Positions 5,488 through 15,968 of a stretch of 26,478 nt of DNA are shown in pieces. Under the pieces are notes generated by a model, which saw nothing but the letters and a program-made list of their open reading frames with translations, ran no database searches and was not told where the DNA came from. Source of the DNA: a bacterium (GTDB lineage Bacteria; Bacillota; Clostridia; Christensenellales; Aristaeellaceae). The stretch spans positions 1 to 26,478 of the forward strand of contig CAVFPH010000021.1 in the NCBI GenBank assembly GCA_963624325.1, given 5' to 3'. Every line of letters begins with the position of its first letter. The stretch's first letter is position 1. Made by a program: the position numbers and the translations under genes.

Positions 5488-8118
5488 TTATGCCAGTATC
5501 TTGATTTGCGAGCCTCTGATTGTCTTGCTGACCACGATCTGCTTATCGATACGCTCCTGCAGGTCATGAACATGAGAGATAATACCGATCAGCCGTTTGC
5601 CGTCGGCAAGGCCGGAAAGCACCTGCAGGGAATTCCGCAGGGCATTTTCATCCAGCGTCCCGAATCCCTCATCGATGAACATCGCGTCCATGCGAATGGC
5701 GCCGCTTTGTCCCTGTACAACATCGGACAGCCCCAGAGCCAGCGCAAGGCTTGCCAGGAATGATTCTCCGCCGGACAAGGTGCTTACATCGCGCCATTGC
5801 CCCGTGCCTCTGTCCAGCACATCCAGATCCAGTCCGCTTTGATGCACACGATCTTTTGCTTCTTCCTTGCAGCGAAGGGTAAACAAGCCGTCTGTCAGTA
5901 TCGTCAGGCGTTTATTGGCTGCCGCCACCACCTGCTTAAAGTAGTATTGCTGCACATAGGCTTCAAAAGTCAGCTTGGCTCTTCGGTTTCCGCCCGCAAT
6001 GCCCGCGCAGCAATTGTACAGATCCCGGATCACCGCCCAATTTTCCTGCCTGCGGTTTTGCAGCCTGCGAACCTCCCGTATCTCCTTGAGGGCATCCTCA
6101 TGCAGCGCCGTCTTTTTCGTAAGCGCTGTTTTTGCCCCTTCGGCAGCCTCCTTATTTTGTTTGCATTCCCGCAGGCGCCGCTCCATTTCGGAAAGCTCCG
6201 TTTTTTCCTTTCCGCTTAACTTTTCTTGCAGGGCTGCTGCCTGATCGGCAAGTGATTTCTTTTGTTCGCTGTATTCCCGCAGCTGCTTTTCCGCCTCGGC
6301 GATCTCCTTGGCCGCCATCTTGGCCAGCTGATAAGCCCGCTCGTCTTCAAATCCGGCCTCCGTCAAATGCTCCGCGAATTCCGCTTTCAGCCGCTCTGCT
6401 TCTTTTTCAAGCGCGGAAAGGCGTTCCCGTCCGTCGGCAAGCGCCGCTTCGTTCTTTTCTTTTTGAATTCGAAGATCCGTGCAGGCCTGTCTGCTGTCCT
6501 CCATGGCCTTTCGGTACTCTTTTGCCTGCTTTTCCTTTTCCATAGCGCGCTGTTTCAAATGCTTTTCGGTTTCATCCTCTGCGATATTCATTTCCCGGAT
6601 GCGTTCGGCTGCGGCATTTATGGCCGTCTGCGTTGAGGTACGCTGCTTGTCTGCCTCATGCAGATCTTGTTCGGCCTGACGCCGACGCTGTTCTGCGTCT
6701 TCCATTTCTTCTTTGGTAACGGTTTCGCTGTTCAGCTGCGCAGGATGCGGATGCGACAGCGCGCCGCAAACGGGGCAAGGCTGCCCCTCCGCCAGCTCGG
6801 CGGCCAGCAGCCCTGCCTGGCTGCAGTAATACGCCTGTTTTTTTGCGGCATACTCCCGATCTGCCAGGGTGCTGGCCTCCAGCAGCTGTGCCATCTTTTT
6901 TTCCTGTTTGGACAGCAGCTTTTTTTGCTTTTCAAGCTCCTTCAAAGCCGGAATACAGTCCGTCAGCTGTTTGGCATCCGCCAGCAATGCATCTGCTTCG
7001 TATCCGTGTGTCTCAGCCTCCCGCAGGCGTTTTTCCGCTTCCGGAATTGCCTGCCGGGCAGCTTCAAGCAGGGAAGACACGTTTGAAATTTTCTCCGTCT
7101 GCTTCTGCATTTCGGCAGCATTGTTTTTGATCAGGATCTCATCCGGCAGCAATGTTTGAGCCGCACGTGCTTTGCTTACTTTGTTTTCAAGCGCATCCAT
7201 GCTGTTTTGCTGATCCTGCAGTCTCGCCAAAGCCGCATTCGTTGTTTTCAGGGAATCAAAGTCCGCATTCACCCGTCTGCCTTGCTCAATGGCAATCAGA
7301 AGGGCATCTGCCTGCTCATTGGCTGTTTTTTGCTTCTGCTCTGCCTGCTTCAAAACCGTCTGCTCGCTGTCAATCAGCCGCGTCAGGCTTTCAATCAGCA
7401 AATCGGCATATTTCGCCTCGGTCTTGTACTGCGCAATACTCTCCCTTTCGGGAAAGTCCGCTTCCGGGTCAATCTTTCCCGCAGCAACCAGGATGCGCTG
7501 TTCCAATTCGCTTCTTTCCTTACTGCACTTTGTGTTCATTTCCTGCAGTTTTTTTTGAAGATCTGCGTAAATGGATGTGTTGAAAAGTTTTTGGAACAGT
7601 GCCTTCCGATCATCGGAGGATGCGTTGAGAATTTTCAGAAAGTCCCCCTGCGCGATCATCACGGTTTGGGTAAACTGATCCTGCGTCAGACCAAGCAGCC
7701 GGTATATTTTCTCATTTACCTCTGTCAGGCCCTCGATCACTTCGCCGGATGTCAGGCTGACCAGACGGGCGTCCGCCTGCTGCACGGTAAAGCCGTCTCC
7801 GTGTTTCTTGGGGCGGAAATATTCGGGATTGCGGTGGATGCGCCATGTTTCATCCTTGTGGCGAAATGTCAGCTGCACATAGGTTTCGGTCCACGCGGAA
7901 GCATAATCGGAGCGGAAAGACTTGCTTTTGCGCCGTTCCTTGCCGCCCGAAGCCTCGCCGTAGAGTGCAAAGCTGATGGCATCAAACAAGGTTGTCTTGC
8001 CCGCGCCCGTATCCCCCGTGATGAGAAACAGTCCATCCTCGCCGAAGGCGGTAAAATCCACTTCCGCTTTGCTTGCATACGGTCCAAATGCCGAAAGAAT
8101 CAGACGAAGCGGTTTCAT
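5488..8118 (-). CDS. sbcC: SbcC/Rad50-family ATPase subunit of the SbcCD nuclease (876 aa)
   Basis: Walker A ITGDTGAGKTTLFDAISFALYG. Long heptad-rich coiled coil with a central zinc hook, GQPCPVCG. ABC signature LSGGESFLASLALAL. Walker B AMFIDEGFGTLD. H-loop ISHV. Its start overlaps the sbcD stop by 4 nt (ATGA). Confidence 0.93.
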   Translation of the reverse strand: MKPLRLILSAFGPYASKAEVDFTAFGEDGLFLITGDTGAGKTTLFDAISFALYGEASGGKERRKSKSFRSDYASAWTETYVQLTFRHKDETWRIHRNPEYFRPKKHGDGFTVQQADARLVSLTSGEVIEGLTEVNEKIYRLLGLTQDQFTQTVMIAQGDFLKILNASSDDRKALFQKLFNTSIYADLQKKLQEMNTKCSKERSELEQRILVAAGKIDPEADFPERESIAQYKTEAKYADLLIESLTRLIDSEQTVLKQAEQKQKTANEQADALLIAIEQGRRVNADFDSLKTTNAALARLQDQQNSMDALENKVSKARAAQTLLPDEILIKNNAAEMQKQTEKISNVSSLLEAARQAIPEAEKRLREAETHGYEADALLADAKQLTDCIPALKELEKQKKLLSKQEKKMAQLLEASTLADREYAAKKQAYYCSQAGLLAAELAEGQPCPVCGALSHPHPAQLNSETVTKEEMEDAEQRRRQAEQDLHEADKQRTSTQTAINAAAERIREMNIAEDETEKHLKQRAMEKEKQAKEYRKAMEDSRQACTDLRIQKEKNEAALADGRERLSALEKEAERLKAEFAEHLTEAGFEDERAYQLAKMAAKEIAEAEKQLREYSEQKKSLADQAAALQEKLSGKEKTELSEMERRLRECKQNKEAAEGAKTALTKKTALHEDALKEIREVRRLQNRRQENWAVIRDLYNCCAGIAGGNRRAKLTFEAYVQQYYFKQVVAAANKRLTILTDGLFTLRCKEEAKDRVHQSGLDLDVLDRGTGQWRDVSTLSGGESFLASLALALGLSDVVQGQSGAIRMDAMFIDEGFGTLDENALRNSLQVLSGLADGKRLIGIISHVHDLQERIDKQIVVSKTIRGSQIKILA

Positions 8119-9236
8119 GCTTGTTCCTCCAGTTCTTTTAGTACCTTCAGCAGCATCTTTTGATGCGCCTCATCAGGCGCCTGATCGTTATTCTGCATGC
8201 GGTAAAAATCCTCAAATAATTCGGGAATGGTTTTATTTTCCATGCTCTGGGCGGCCAGCACATCAACGCTGTACTTGGTTTTGGAATTGACAATGGAGAA
8301 TTTCATCATGTTGGGAAAGTTTGTGCTCAGCGTCACCTGCGCATCGGGCGGCGGCAGCTCATCATGAATCGTTGCCCACACATAATCCTCGGAATAGGGC
8401 AATTGCATCAGTTCCGCCAGCGTACCCTCAATCAGCCGTACATCATGCATCGGATGGATCGCCTTTTGCTTTACCGAGATGATGCCTTTCTCCTGCACAT
8501 CGGCAATCGTCACGCTCTTGTGGTGATTTGCCTCCGAAAAAGAGTACTTAAGCGGCGATCCCGCATACCGCAGGGTATCCCTTTTGACCTTTTGCGGCTT
8601 ATGGATGTGCCCCAGTGCCACATAGTCAAAGGCCTCGAATACCTCCGCATCGATGTTGTCCAATCCGCCCACGGCACGCTCCTCCGAATCGGATGTTTCG
8701 CTGCCGGTAATAAACTGATGGCACAAAAGGATGTTCCGTTTTCTGCGGTCTATCGGCGTCTGCCGAAGCACAGCCTCCACCGCATTCTGATAGGTGATTA
8801 TCTTTTCTTCCGGCAGCTTCCGTTTTACCTGAGACGGCCGCAGAAACGGCAGCATCCATACGACAATTTCTCCGTACTCATCCCGCAGTGTGACGCTTTG
8901 CATGCTGCCGTCAAACGCCTCCGTCACGTATACGCCGGAAGCCTTTATCAAGGCGGAAAAATAGGAAATGCGCAGCGCGGAATCGTGATTGCCGCTGATA
9001 ACAAATACCTGCTTGCCCATGCCGGCCAGCTTGGATACAAAGTCATCAAACAGTGCCATGGCTTCCGCCTGCGGGGAAGAGCGCTGGTACACATCCCCCG
9101 CAATCAGCACGGCATCCGCCTGTTCGCTCTCTGCGATGGATACAATTTGCTGCAGCGCATACCTTTGATCCTCCAATATGGACAGATCATTCATCTGCTT
9201 GCCCAGATGAAGGTCGGCGGTATGAAGAAAACGCAT
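8115..9236 (-). CDS. sbcD: SbcD/Mre11-family nuclease subunit (373 aa)
   Basis: Calcineurin-like phosphoesterase motifs appear in order: TADLHLGK, AGDVY, SGNHDS, LLCHQ, GHIHKPQ. AGGAGGA sits 8 nt before the ATG at 9236. Confidence 0.93.
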   Translation of the reverse strand: MRFLHTADLHLGKQMNDLSILEDQRYALQQIVSIAESEQADAVLIAGDVYQRSSPQAEAMALFDDFVSKLAGMGKQVFVISGNHDSALRISYFSALIKASGVYVTEAFDGSMQSVTLRDEYGEIVVWMLPFLRPSQVKRKLPEEKIITYQNAVEAVLRQTPIDRRKRNILLCHQFITGSETSDSEERAVGGLDNIDAEVFEAFDYVALGHIHKPQKVKRDTLRYAGSPLKYSFSEANHHKSVTIADVQEKGIISVKQKAIHPMHDVRLIEGTLAELMQLPYSEDYVWATIHDELPPPDAQVTLSTNFPNMMKFSIVNSKTKYSVDVLAAQSMENKTIPELFEDFYRMQNNDQAPDEAHQKMLLKVLKELEEQA

Positions 9237-9343
9237 GCTGTCATTCCTCCTGCGTTCAAATTAAAGTTGCGATATCGGTTAGTAAATTGAAACGGCTGTC
9301 ATGCCCAAAGAGCCTGTGAGGAGAAAACGCCTCTTTCATATGT

Positions 9344-9372
9344 ATTGTATCATAAACCGTGGCAAACGGCAA
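9344..9372 (-). promoter_or_regulatory. Candidate sigma-A promoter of sbcDC
   Basis: Minus strand reads TTGCCG (9372-9367), a 17-nt spacer, then TGaTACAAT (extended -10, hexamer 9349-9344). Confidence 0.45.
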
Positions 9373-9449
9373 ATTGATTTTAGGGGGAATCCCCTCCTCT
9401 TTTCTTGAAAATTTAAGGCGATAATCGCCCGGCTTTGCTCCGAAAACAG

Positions 9450-9478
9450 TTGCCAAGATCGGGAATTTCGGTTATAAT
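9450..9478 (+). promoter_or_regulatory. Sigma-A promoter of ppdK
   Basis: TTGCCA (9450-9455), a 17-nt spacer, then consensus TATAAT (9473-9478). The 5' UTR of about 75 nt ends in AAGGAGG (9547-9553). Confidence 0.65.
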
Positions 9479-9559
9479 AGCATATCGGGTGTGACGCCGG
9501 TGTTTTTTGCCGTGCGCATATTCGCGCAACTATGTTATCAACTCTTAAGGAGGAGTATC

Positions 9560-12190
9560 ATGACCAAGTACGTATACCTGTTCTCCGAAGGCAACGCCAA
9601 GATGCGTGAGCTTCTGGGCGGCAAGGGCGCCAACCTGGCTGAAATGACCAATATCGGTCTGCCTGTACCGCAGGGCTTTACCATCACCACCGAAGCCTGC
9701 ACCAAGTATTATGAGGACGGCCGCAAGATCAACGATGAGATCAAGGCTCAGATCATGGAGTACATCGTCAAGATGGAGGCGATCACCGGCAAGAAGTTCG
9801 GCGATATGGAAAATCCTCTGCTTGTATCCGTTCGCTCCGGTGCCCGTGCCTCCATGCCCGGCATGATGGATACCATCCTGAACCTGGGCCTCAATGAGCA
9901 GGTTGTGCATATCATTGCCGAAAAGTCCAACAATCCCCGCTGGGCTTGGGACTGCTATCGCCGCTTCATCCAGATGTTCTCCGACGTCGTTATGGAAGTG
10001 GGCAAGAAGTACTTTGAAAAGCTGATCGACGCCATGAAGGAAAAGAAGGGCGTCACCTATGATACCGAGCTGACCGCCGACGATCTGCATGAGCTGGCCA
10101 ACCAGTTCAAGGCCGAGTACAAGAATCAGCTGGGCAAGGACTTCCCCGATGACCCCAAGGAACAGCTTTTTGCCGCCATCGAGGCCGTGTTCCGTTCCTG
10201 GGACAACCCCCGTGCCAATGTATACCGCATGGATCATGACATCCCCTATTCCTGGGGCACCGCTGTTAACGTACAGATGATGGCCTTCGGCAACATGGGC
10301 GATGACTGCGGCACCGGCGTTGCCTTTACCCGTTCTCCCTCTACCGGTGACAAGGGTCTGTTCGGCGAGTTCCTGACCAATGCTCAGGGCGAAGACGTCG
10401 TAGCCGGCGTACGTACCCCCATGCCCATCACCGAAATGGAGCAGAAGTTCCCCGAGGCCTTCAAGCAGTTTGTTGATGTTTGCAAGACCCTGGAAAATCA
10501 TTATCATGACATGCAGGATATGGAGTTCACCGTTGAGCACGGCAAGCTCTACATGCTGCAGACCCGCAACGGCAAGCGTACTGCCGCCGCCGCCATCAAG
10601 ATCGCCTGCGATCTGATCGACGAGGGCATGATCACCGAGGAAGAAGCGCTGATGCAGATCGACGCCAAGTCCCTGGATATGCTGCTGCATCCCACCTTTG
10701 ATGCCGCTGCCCTGAAGAAGGCTCAGCCCATCGGCAAGGGCATTGCCGCCTCCCCCGGTGCTGCCGCCGGCACCATCGTATTCACCGCTGAAGACGCGGT
10801 TGAGCATGGCAAGAAGGGTGAAAAGGTTGTTCTGGTTCGTCTGGAGACCAGCCCCGAAGATATCGAAGGCATGAAGTACAGCCAGGGCATCCTGACCGTC
10901 CGCGGCGGTCAGACCAGCCACGCTGCCGTTGTTGCCCGCGGCATGGGCACCTGCTGCGTATCCGGCTGCGGCGAAATCAAGATGGATGAAGAAAACAAGT
11001 GCTTCACCCTGGCCGGCAAGGTCTATCATGAAGGCGATGTGCTGTCCCTGGATGGCTCCACGGGCAACATCTACGGCGAGCTGATCCCCACCGTTCCCGC
11101 CGATCCCAACAGCGGTTATTTCGGCCGCATCATGGAAATGGCTGACAAGTACAAGACCATGGGCGTGCGCACCAATGCCGACACCCCCAAGGATGCCAAG
11201 CAGGCTGCCTCCTTCGGCGCTCAGGGCATCGGTCTGTGCCGTACCGAGCATATGTTCTTTGATCCCGCTCGTATCGGTGCTTTCCGCGAGATGATCTGCT
11301 CCGAGACCGTTGCCGAGCGCGAAGCCGCCCTGGCCAAGATCGAGCCCATGCAGCAGGCTGACTTTGAGGGCCTGTTCGAGGCGCTGAACGGACATCCCGT
11401 TACCATCCGCTTCCTGGATCCCCCGCTTCATGAGTTTGTTCCCACCGAGGAAGCCGACATCGAAGCGCTGGCTAAGACGCAGGGCAAGACCGTTGCCTAC
11501 ATCAAGCAGGTTATCAACGATCTGCATGAGTTCAACCCCATGATGGGTCACCGTGGCTGCCGTCTGACCGTAACCTATCCCGAAATCGGCGTAATGCAGA
11601 CCCGTGCCATCATCAAGGCTGCGCTGGCTGTGCAGAGCCGTCATCCTGATTGGAACGTTGTGCCCGAAATCATGATCCCCTTGGTCGGCGAATTGAAGGA
11701 ATACAAGTTCGTTAAGAACATCGTCGTCAAGACCGCTGATGAGCTGATCGCCGCTTCCGGCGTAGCCCTCAAGTACGAAGTGGGCACCATGATCGAGATC
11801 CCGCGTGCCGCCCTGACCGCGGACGAAATCGCCAAGGAAGCTGACTTCTTCTGCTTCGGCACCAACGACCTGACCCAGATGACCTTCGGCTTCAGCCGTG
11901 ACGACGCCGGCAAGTTCCTGCCTGCCTACTACGCCAACAAGATCTATGAGTCCGATCCCTTCGCCCGTCTGGATACCGTCGGCGTAGGCAAACTGATGGA
12001 AATGGCTGTTAAGCTGGGCAAGGCTGCCAATCCCAAGCTGCACTGCGGCATCTGCGGTGAGCATGGCGGCGATCCTTCCTCCATCGAGTTCTGCAACGAA
12101 ATCGGCCTGAACTACGTCTCCTGCAGCCCCTATCGCGTGCCTATCGCCCGCCTTTCCGCTGCTCAGGCTGCCATCAAGGCCAAGAAGTAA
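9560..12190 (+). CDS. ppdK: Pyruvate, phosphate dikinase (876 aa)
   Basis: N-terminus MTKYVYLFSEGNAKMRELLGGKGANLAEM. Phospho-histidine motif GGQTSHAAVVARGMG. PEP/pyruvate domain motifs GLCRTEHMF and FSFGTNDLTQ-like FCFGTNDLTQMTFG. The length matches PPDK. The ORF track start (9491) is upstream of the AAGGAGG-6nt-ATG at 9560. Confidence 0.95.
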   Translation: MTKYVYLFSEGNAKMRELLGGKGANLAEMTNIGLPVPQGFTITTEACTKYYEDGRKINDEIKAQIMEYIVKMEAITGKKFGDMENPLLVSVRSGARASMPGMMDTILNLGLNEQVVHIIAEKSNNPRWAWDCYRRFIQMFSDVVMEVGKKYFEKLIDAMKEKKGVTYDTELTADDLHELANQFKAEYKNQLGKDFPDDPKEQLFAAIEAVFRSWDNPRANVYRMDHDIPYSWGTAVNVQMMAFGNMGDDCGTGVAFTRSPSTGDKGLFGEFLTNAQGEDVVAGVRTPMPITEMEQKFPEAFKQFVDVCKTLENHYHDMQDMEFTVEHGKLYMLQTRNGKRTAAAAIKIACDLIDEGMITEEEALMQIDAKSLDMLLHPTFDAAALKKAQPIGKGIAASPGAAAGTIVFTAEDAVEHGKKGEKVVLVRLETSPEDIEGMKYSQGILTVRGGQTSHAAVVARGMGTCCVSGCGEIKMDEENKCFTLAGKVYHEGDVLSLDGSTGNIYGELIPTVPADPNSGYFGRIMEMADKYKTMGVRTNADTPKDAKQAASFGAQGIGLCRTEHMFFDPARIGAFREMICSETVAEREAALAKIEPMQQADFEGLFEALNGHPVTIRFLDPPLHEFVPTEEADIEALAKTQGKTVAYIKQVINDLHEFNPMMGHRGCRLTVTYPEIGVMQTRAIIKAALAVQSRHPDWNVVPEIMIPLVGELKEYKFVKNIVVKTADELIAASGVALKYEVGTMIEIPRAALTADEIAKEADFFCFGTNDLTQMTFGFSRDDAGKFLPAYYANKIYESDPFARLDTVGVGKLMEMAVKLGKAANPKLHCGICGEHGGDPSSIEFCNEIGLNYVSCSPYRVPIARLSAAQAAIKAKK

Positions 12191-12233
12191 TTTCGGCTCT
12201 GCAGACGCACGAAAAAACCGAATTATCTTTATC

Positions 12234-12265
12234 GGCACCTTGTTCTTCGGGACAAGGTGCCTTTT
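12234..12265 (+). terminator. Rho-independent terminator of ppdK
   Basis: GGCACCTTGT (12234-12243) pairs with ACAAGGTGCC (12252-12261), followed by TTTT. Confidence 0.8.
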
Positions 12266-12273
12266 GTATGCAG

Positions 12274-12326
12274 CAAAAAGCCGAGCCGCGGGAATTTTGC
12301 CCGGCAAATTTCCTGCGGTTCGGCTT
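12274..12326 (-). terminator. Rho-independent terminator at the end of the pyr operon (after pyrI)
   Basis: Minus strand has a long stem, AAGCCGAACCGCAGGAA ... TTCCCGCGGCTCGGCTT (about 15 bp with G.U pairs), followed by TTTTTG. It starts about 20 nt after the pyrI stop. Confidence 0.75.
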
Positions 12327-12344
12327 CTTTGGACGGATATCTTT

Positions 12345-12785
12345 TTAGGGCTGCGCTTCAATTTCCGTTTTGGGGGCGGGGGTATCGCAATATACGCAGC
12401 GGTACACGCCCGTTTGGGGGTTGGTCAATCGAAATTCGTGAACCAGCTCCTGCTCTGTGGACGTAATGCAGCGGGGATTTTTGCAGCGGATAATGCCGCT
12501 GATTTGGGAAGGCAGGGAAAGGTGCTCACGCTTGACCAGCTCTCCGTTCCTGATGATATTGACGGTAATACCCGGGTCGATATAGCCCAGCACGTCAAAA
12601 TCAAGGTTGATCACCTGCCCGATTTTGATGATGTCCTTGCGACCCATTTTGGTGCTCTCGGCATTTTTGATCATGGCAACGGTGCAGTCCAGCTTGTCCA
12701 GGCCGAGAATATTGTAAATTTCCATGCCGCGTCCCGCTGTGATATGGTCAAGCACAACGCCGTCCTTAATCTGTCCGATGATCAT
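12345..12785 (-). CDS. pyrI: Aspartate carbamoyltransferase regulatory chain (146 aa)
   Basis: [16 protein letters not shown]-terminus and a C-terminal zinc domain with CKNPRC ... CVYC. The ATG at 12785 overlaps the pyrB TGA (ATGA). The upstream extension in the ORF track (to 12860) would run inside pyrB. Confidence 0.9.
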   Translation of the reverse strand: MIIGQIKDGVVLDHITAGRGMEIYNILGLDKLDCTVAMIKNAESTKMGRKDIIKIGQVINLDFDVLGYIDPGITVNIIRNGELVKREHLSLPSQISGIIRCKNPRCITSTEQELVHEFRLTNPQTGVYRCVYCDTPAPKTEIEAQP

Positions 12786-13699
12786 ATGTTCACCTCCAGC
12801 AGTTTCAAGATAAGCGCCATGCGCATGTATTTTCCGTTCAGCGCCTGTTTGAAATAGCATGCGCGCGGATCCCGATCCACTGCCACCGATATTTCGTTTA
12901 CCCTGGGCAGCGGATGCAGAATGCTCAAATCCGCCTTCGCGTTTTTCAATTTTTCGGGGGTAAGGATATAGCTGTCCTTCAGCCGCACGTAGTCGGCTTC
13001 ATTAAAGAAGCGCTCCCGCTGTACACGGGTCATGTACAGCACATCCAGATCCGGCATTGCTTTCTCCAGATCGGCCGTTTCGCAGTATCGGATGCCCTGC
13101 GGTTCAAGCACATCGTTTACGATATAGCGTGGAATCCGCAGCTCATCGGGGCTGATCATAACAAATTTGATGCCGGGGTAGCGACTCATTGCCGATACCA
13201 ATGAATGCACGGTACGGCCGAATTTCAAATCCCCGCACAATCCGATGGTCATGTCGGTCAATCTCCCTTTTTCGCGGTAGATGGTCAGCAGATCGGCCAG
13301 GGTCTGTGTCGGGTGGTTATGGCCGCCATCGCCCGCATTGATCACGGGAATGCCGGCATTTCGGCTGGCTACAAGGGGCGCGCCCTCCTTTGGATGGCGC
13401 ATGGCAATGATATCCGCATAGCAGGAAATCATCCTCGCGGTATCCGCAACACTTTCTCCCTTGCTGGCAGAGGAGCTGTCCGCCGATGAAAAGCCCAGCA
13501 CGTTGCCCCCCAGCTCGTACATAGCGGCTTCAAAGGAAAGGCGGGTGCGGGTGGAAGGCTCATAGAACAGCGTTGCCAGCTTTTTGCCGCGGCATGCCTC
13601 GGCATACTTTTCGGGATGTGCGATGATGTCCATCGCGCGGTCAATCAGCTGCTGAAGTTCCTCCACGGAAAGCTCCATGATATCGATCAAATGGCGCAT
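12782..13699 (-). CDS. pyrB: Aspartate carbamoyltransferase catalytic chain (305 aa)
   Basis: [16 protein letters not shown]-terminus plus [13 protein letters not shown], and HPLPRV motifs. It overlaps the 3' end of pyrE by 13 nt. Confidence 0.95.
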   Translation of the reverse strand: MRHLIDIMELSVEELQQLIDRAMDIIAHPEKYAEACRGKKLATLFYEPSTRTRLSFEAAMYELGGNVLGFSSADSSSASKGESVADTARMISCYADIIAMRHPKEGAPLVASRNAGIPVINAGDGGHNHPTQTLADLLTIYREKGRLTDMTIGLCGDLKFGRTVHSLVSAMSRYPGIKFVMISPDELRIPRYIVNDVLEPQGIRYCETADLEKAMPDLDVLYMTRVQRERFFNEADYVRLKDSYILTPEKLKNAKADLSILHPLPRVNEISVAVDRDPRACYFKQALNGKYMRMALILKLLEVNI

Positions 13700-14346
13700 G
13701 ACGGCTTCCCCCCGATCCAGCTTTCGTCACCGGGATTGTTGCGGAATGCAATCAGGCGTGCAATGTCATCGGCTTGGATGTAGCCGTTTTCGGCCGCTGC
13801 CTCGGCCATCGCATCAAAATCCGTCAGGGAAATGTTCTTTACCTTGGCCTCTTCCAGCCGTTCCAATCCTTTTTTCATGCCGTAGGTAAAGATGGAGGCA
13901 ATCCCCAGCACCTCGGCGCCCGCTTCCCGCAGCACGTTGACTACTTCGATGGCGCTTCCGCCGGTGGAAATCAAATCCTCCACGACCACCACCTTTTGAC
14001 CGGGCAGAAGCCGACCCTCAATTTGATTTTTCCGTCCATGGTCCTTTGCGCCCGAGCGCACGTAGCCCATCGGCAGGTTCATCAGATGGCCGACAATGGC
14101 GGCATGGGCAATCCCGGCTGTGGATGTTCCCATCAAAACCTCGACATCGGGATAATTTTCCCGAATCAGCTGCGCAAGCCCTTCCTCAATTTGCGTGCGC
14201 ACCGCAGGGGCCGTCAGCGTCAGGCGATTGTCGCAGTATATGGGGCTTTTAATGCCGCTTGCCCAGGTAAACGGCTCATCGGGACGGAATATGACAGCCT
14301 GAATGCTCAAAAGGGCATTTGCGATTTTCTTTTTCATTTTCTTCAT
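13687..14346 (-). CDS. pyrE: Orotate phosphoribosyltransferase (219 aa; start may be the ATG at 14337)
   Basis: Type-I PRT PRPP-binding motif [14 protein letters not shown], plus [16 protein letters not shown] typical of Bacillus-type PyrE. Confidence 0.92.
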   Translation of the reverse strand: MKKMKKKIANALLSIQAVIFRPDEPFTWASGIKSPIYCDNRLTLTAPAVRTQIEEGLAQLIRENYPDVEVLMGTSTAGIAHAAIVGHLMNLPMGYVRSGAKDHGRKNQIEGRLLPGQKVVVVEDLISTGGSAIEVVNVLREAGAEVLGIASIFTYGMKKGLERLEEAKVKNISLTDFDAMAEAAAENGYIQADDIARLIAFRNNPGDESWIGGKPSCAI

Positions 14347-14358
14347 TTCCTTTCACTG

Positions 14359-15057
14359 TCAGCCGATGAATTCTTTAACGCAGCGGCGGTACGCTGCCAC
14401 AGGATCTTCCGCAGCGGTAATCGGACGTCCTACCACAATGTAGTCGCTGCCCAATTCTTTTGCTTTTTCGGGTGTCGTCACGCGCTTTTGATCTCCCGCA
14501 TCCCCATCGGCAAAGCGCACGCCGGGCGTAACGGTCAAAAAGTTTTCGCCGCAGCGGGCATGCACCTTGCCTGCCTCCAAGGGGGAGCAAACCACGCCAT
14601 CCAGCCCCGCCGTTTTTGCGTTTTCCGCATAGTGCATAATCACTTCGTCAATAGGCTCATGAATCCACAAATCCTTTTCCATGCTTTCCTGGTCTGTTGA
14701 TGTCAATTGTGTCACGCCGATCAGCAGCGGGCGGGTACCGTCCGGGCGGGTCAGGCCTTCAAGTGCCGCCTTCATCATGCTGATCGTTCCCGCGCAATGC
14801 AGGTTTATGATATCCACATCCAGTTTTGAAAGCACGTTCATGGCCTTCTTTACGGTGTTTGGAATGTCATGCAGCTTAAGATCCAGGAAAATGCGGTGTC
14901 CGCGGGCCTTGATTTCACGGACGATGGCAGGCCCTTCCGCATAGTAGAGCTCCATACCGATTTTCACAAACGGTTTTTCATCCGTAAAACGGTCAAGGAA
15001 ATCAAGCGTCTGTTCCCGGCTTGCAAAGTCGCAGGCAATAATCACATCGCGTCCCAT
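14359..15057 (-). CDS. pyrF: Orotidine 5'-phosphate decarboxylase (232 aa)
   Basis: Motifs VKIGMELY, IFLDLKLHDIPNTV and DYIVVGRPI. The start overlaps the pyrD stop by 1 nt (TGATG). Confidence 0.95.
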   Translation of the reverse strand: MGRDVIIACDFASREQTLDFLDRFTDEKPFVKIGMELYYAEGPAIVREIKARGHRIFLDLKLHDIPNTVKKAMNVLSKLDVDIINLHCAGTISMMKAALEGLTRPDGTRPLLIGVTQLTSTDQESMEKDLWIHEPIDEVIMHYAENAKTAGLDGVVCSPLEAGKVHARCGENFLTVTPGVRFADGDAGDQKRVTTPEKAKELGSDYIVVGRPITAAEDPVAAYRRCVKEFIG

Positions 15058-15968
15058 CAGTGTGCACCTCCAATAATGCTGTTCAAGTCATCGATTCCGT
15101 ATTTTTCCATGGTTTTCGGAAGTTCATGCAGAATATCCCGGCATGCATAGGGATTTACCAGGTTGGCGGCGCCGACCTCCACAGCCGCCGCGCCGGCAAG
15201 CATCATCTCTATCACATCCTCGCTGCAGGATATGCCGCCCATGCCGATAATCGGAATTTTCACCGTTTCGTATACCTGATAGACCATTCTCACCGCCAGC
15301 GGAAAAATTGCGCTGCCGCTCATACCGCCGGTCTTGTTTGCCAGCAGCGGCCTTCTTTTGCGCAGGTCAATTCGCATGCCCATCGGCGTGTTGATCAGGG
15401 AGATCCCGTCAGCGCCCGCATCTTCGCAGGCCTTGGCAATAGCGGTAATGTCTGTCACATTGGGGCTCAGCTTCATAATAACCGGCTTGCGGACTGTCTT
15501 TTTTACCGCTGCCGTAACCTGAGCGGCCATTTGGGGATCTGTGCCGAAGCTCATGCCCCCGCCATGCACATTGGGGCAGGAGATGTTTACTTCCAGCCAC
15601 CCCACCTGCTCGCAGTCATCCAGTTTTTCGCAGACTTCCACATATTCATCCAGCGAAAATCCCGAAACATTGGCCATAACCGGCTTATGAAAAAAGGCTT
15701 TCATTTCCGGAAGTTCATGCGCGATCACATGATCAACGCCGGGATTCTGCAATCCGACGGCGTTTAGCATACCGCCCGTAAATTCCGCAATGCGCGGGGT
15801 TGCGTTTCCAAAGCGCGGTTCGCGGGTGGTTCCCTTAAAGGAAAACGTGCCCAGGCAGTTAATATCATAGAGTTCGCTGAATTCCTTGCCGTATCCGAAT
15901 GTCCCGCTTGCCGGGATAATCGGATTGGAAAGCACAATGCCCAGAAGGTTTACCGCCGTGTTCACCAT
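15057..15968 (-). CDS. pyrD: Dihydroorotate dehydrogenase (class 1B) catalytic subunit (303 aa)
   Basis: Motifs NPIIPASGTFGYG, EVNISCPNV and GIGGI-like IIGMGGI. AAGGAGGA sits 6 nt before the ATG. It overlaps the pyrK 3' end by 7 nt. Confidence 0.95.
   Translation of the reverse strand: MVNTAVNLLGIVLSNPIIPASGTFGYGKEFSELYDINCLGTFSFKGTTREPRFGNATPRIAEFTGGMLNAVGLQNPGVDHVIAHELPEMKAFFHKPVMANVSGFSLDEYVEVCEKLDDCEQVGWLEVNISCPNVHGGGMSFGTDPQMAAQVTAAVKKTVRKPVIMKLSPNVTDITAIAKACEDAGADGISLINTPMGMRIDLRKRRPLLANKTGGMSGSAIFPLAVRMVYQVYETVKIPIIGMGGISCSEDVIEMMLAGAAAVEVGAANLVNPYACRDILHELPKTMEKYGIDDLNSIIGGAH

Noticed and set aside
5488-9236. SbcC-like ATPase plus phosphoesterase considered as a possible phage-defence module (Lamassu-, Wadjet- or Gabija-like).
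   Set aside because: Both proteins carry the full canonical SbcCD/Mre11-Rad50 motif sets, including the CPVC zinc hook and five phosphoesterase motifs. They are translationally coupled in the standard sbcD-sbcC order. No accessory defence genes or mobile-element context are present.
9381-9395. Palindrome AGGGG-GAAT-CCCCT followed by a T-rich run in the sbcD/ppdK divergent region, considered as an orphan terminator or operator.
   Set aside because: The stem is only 5 bp. There is no upstream gene to terminate on either strand, and no second copy in the window. It cannot be distinguished from chance.
9256-9456. 66-aa ORF on the minus strand in the sbcD-ppdK intergenic region.
   Set aside because: It spans the predicted sbcD promoter elements and the region up to the ppdK -35. 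It has no Shine-Dalgarno sequence and no recognisable features. It is most likely a chance ORF.
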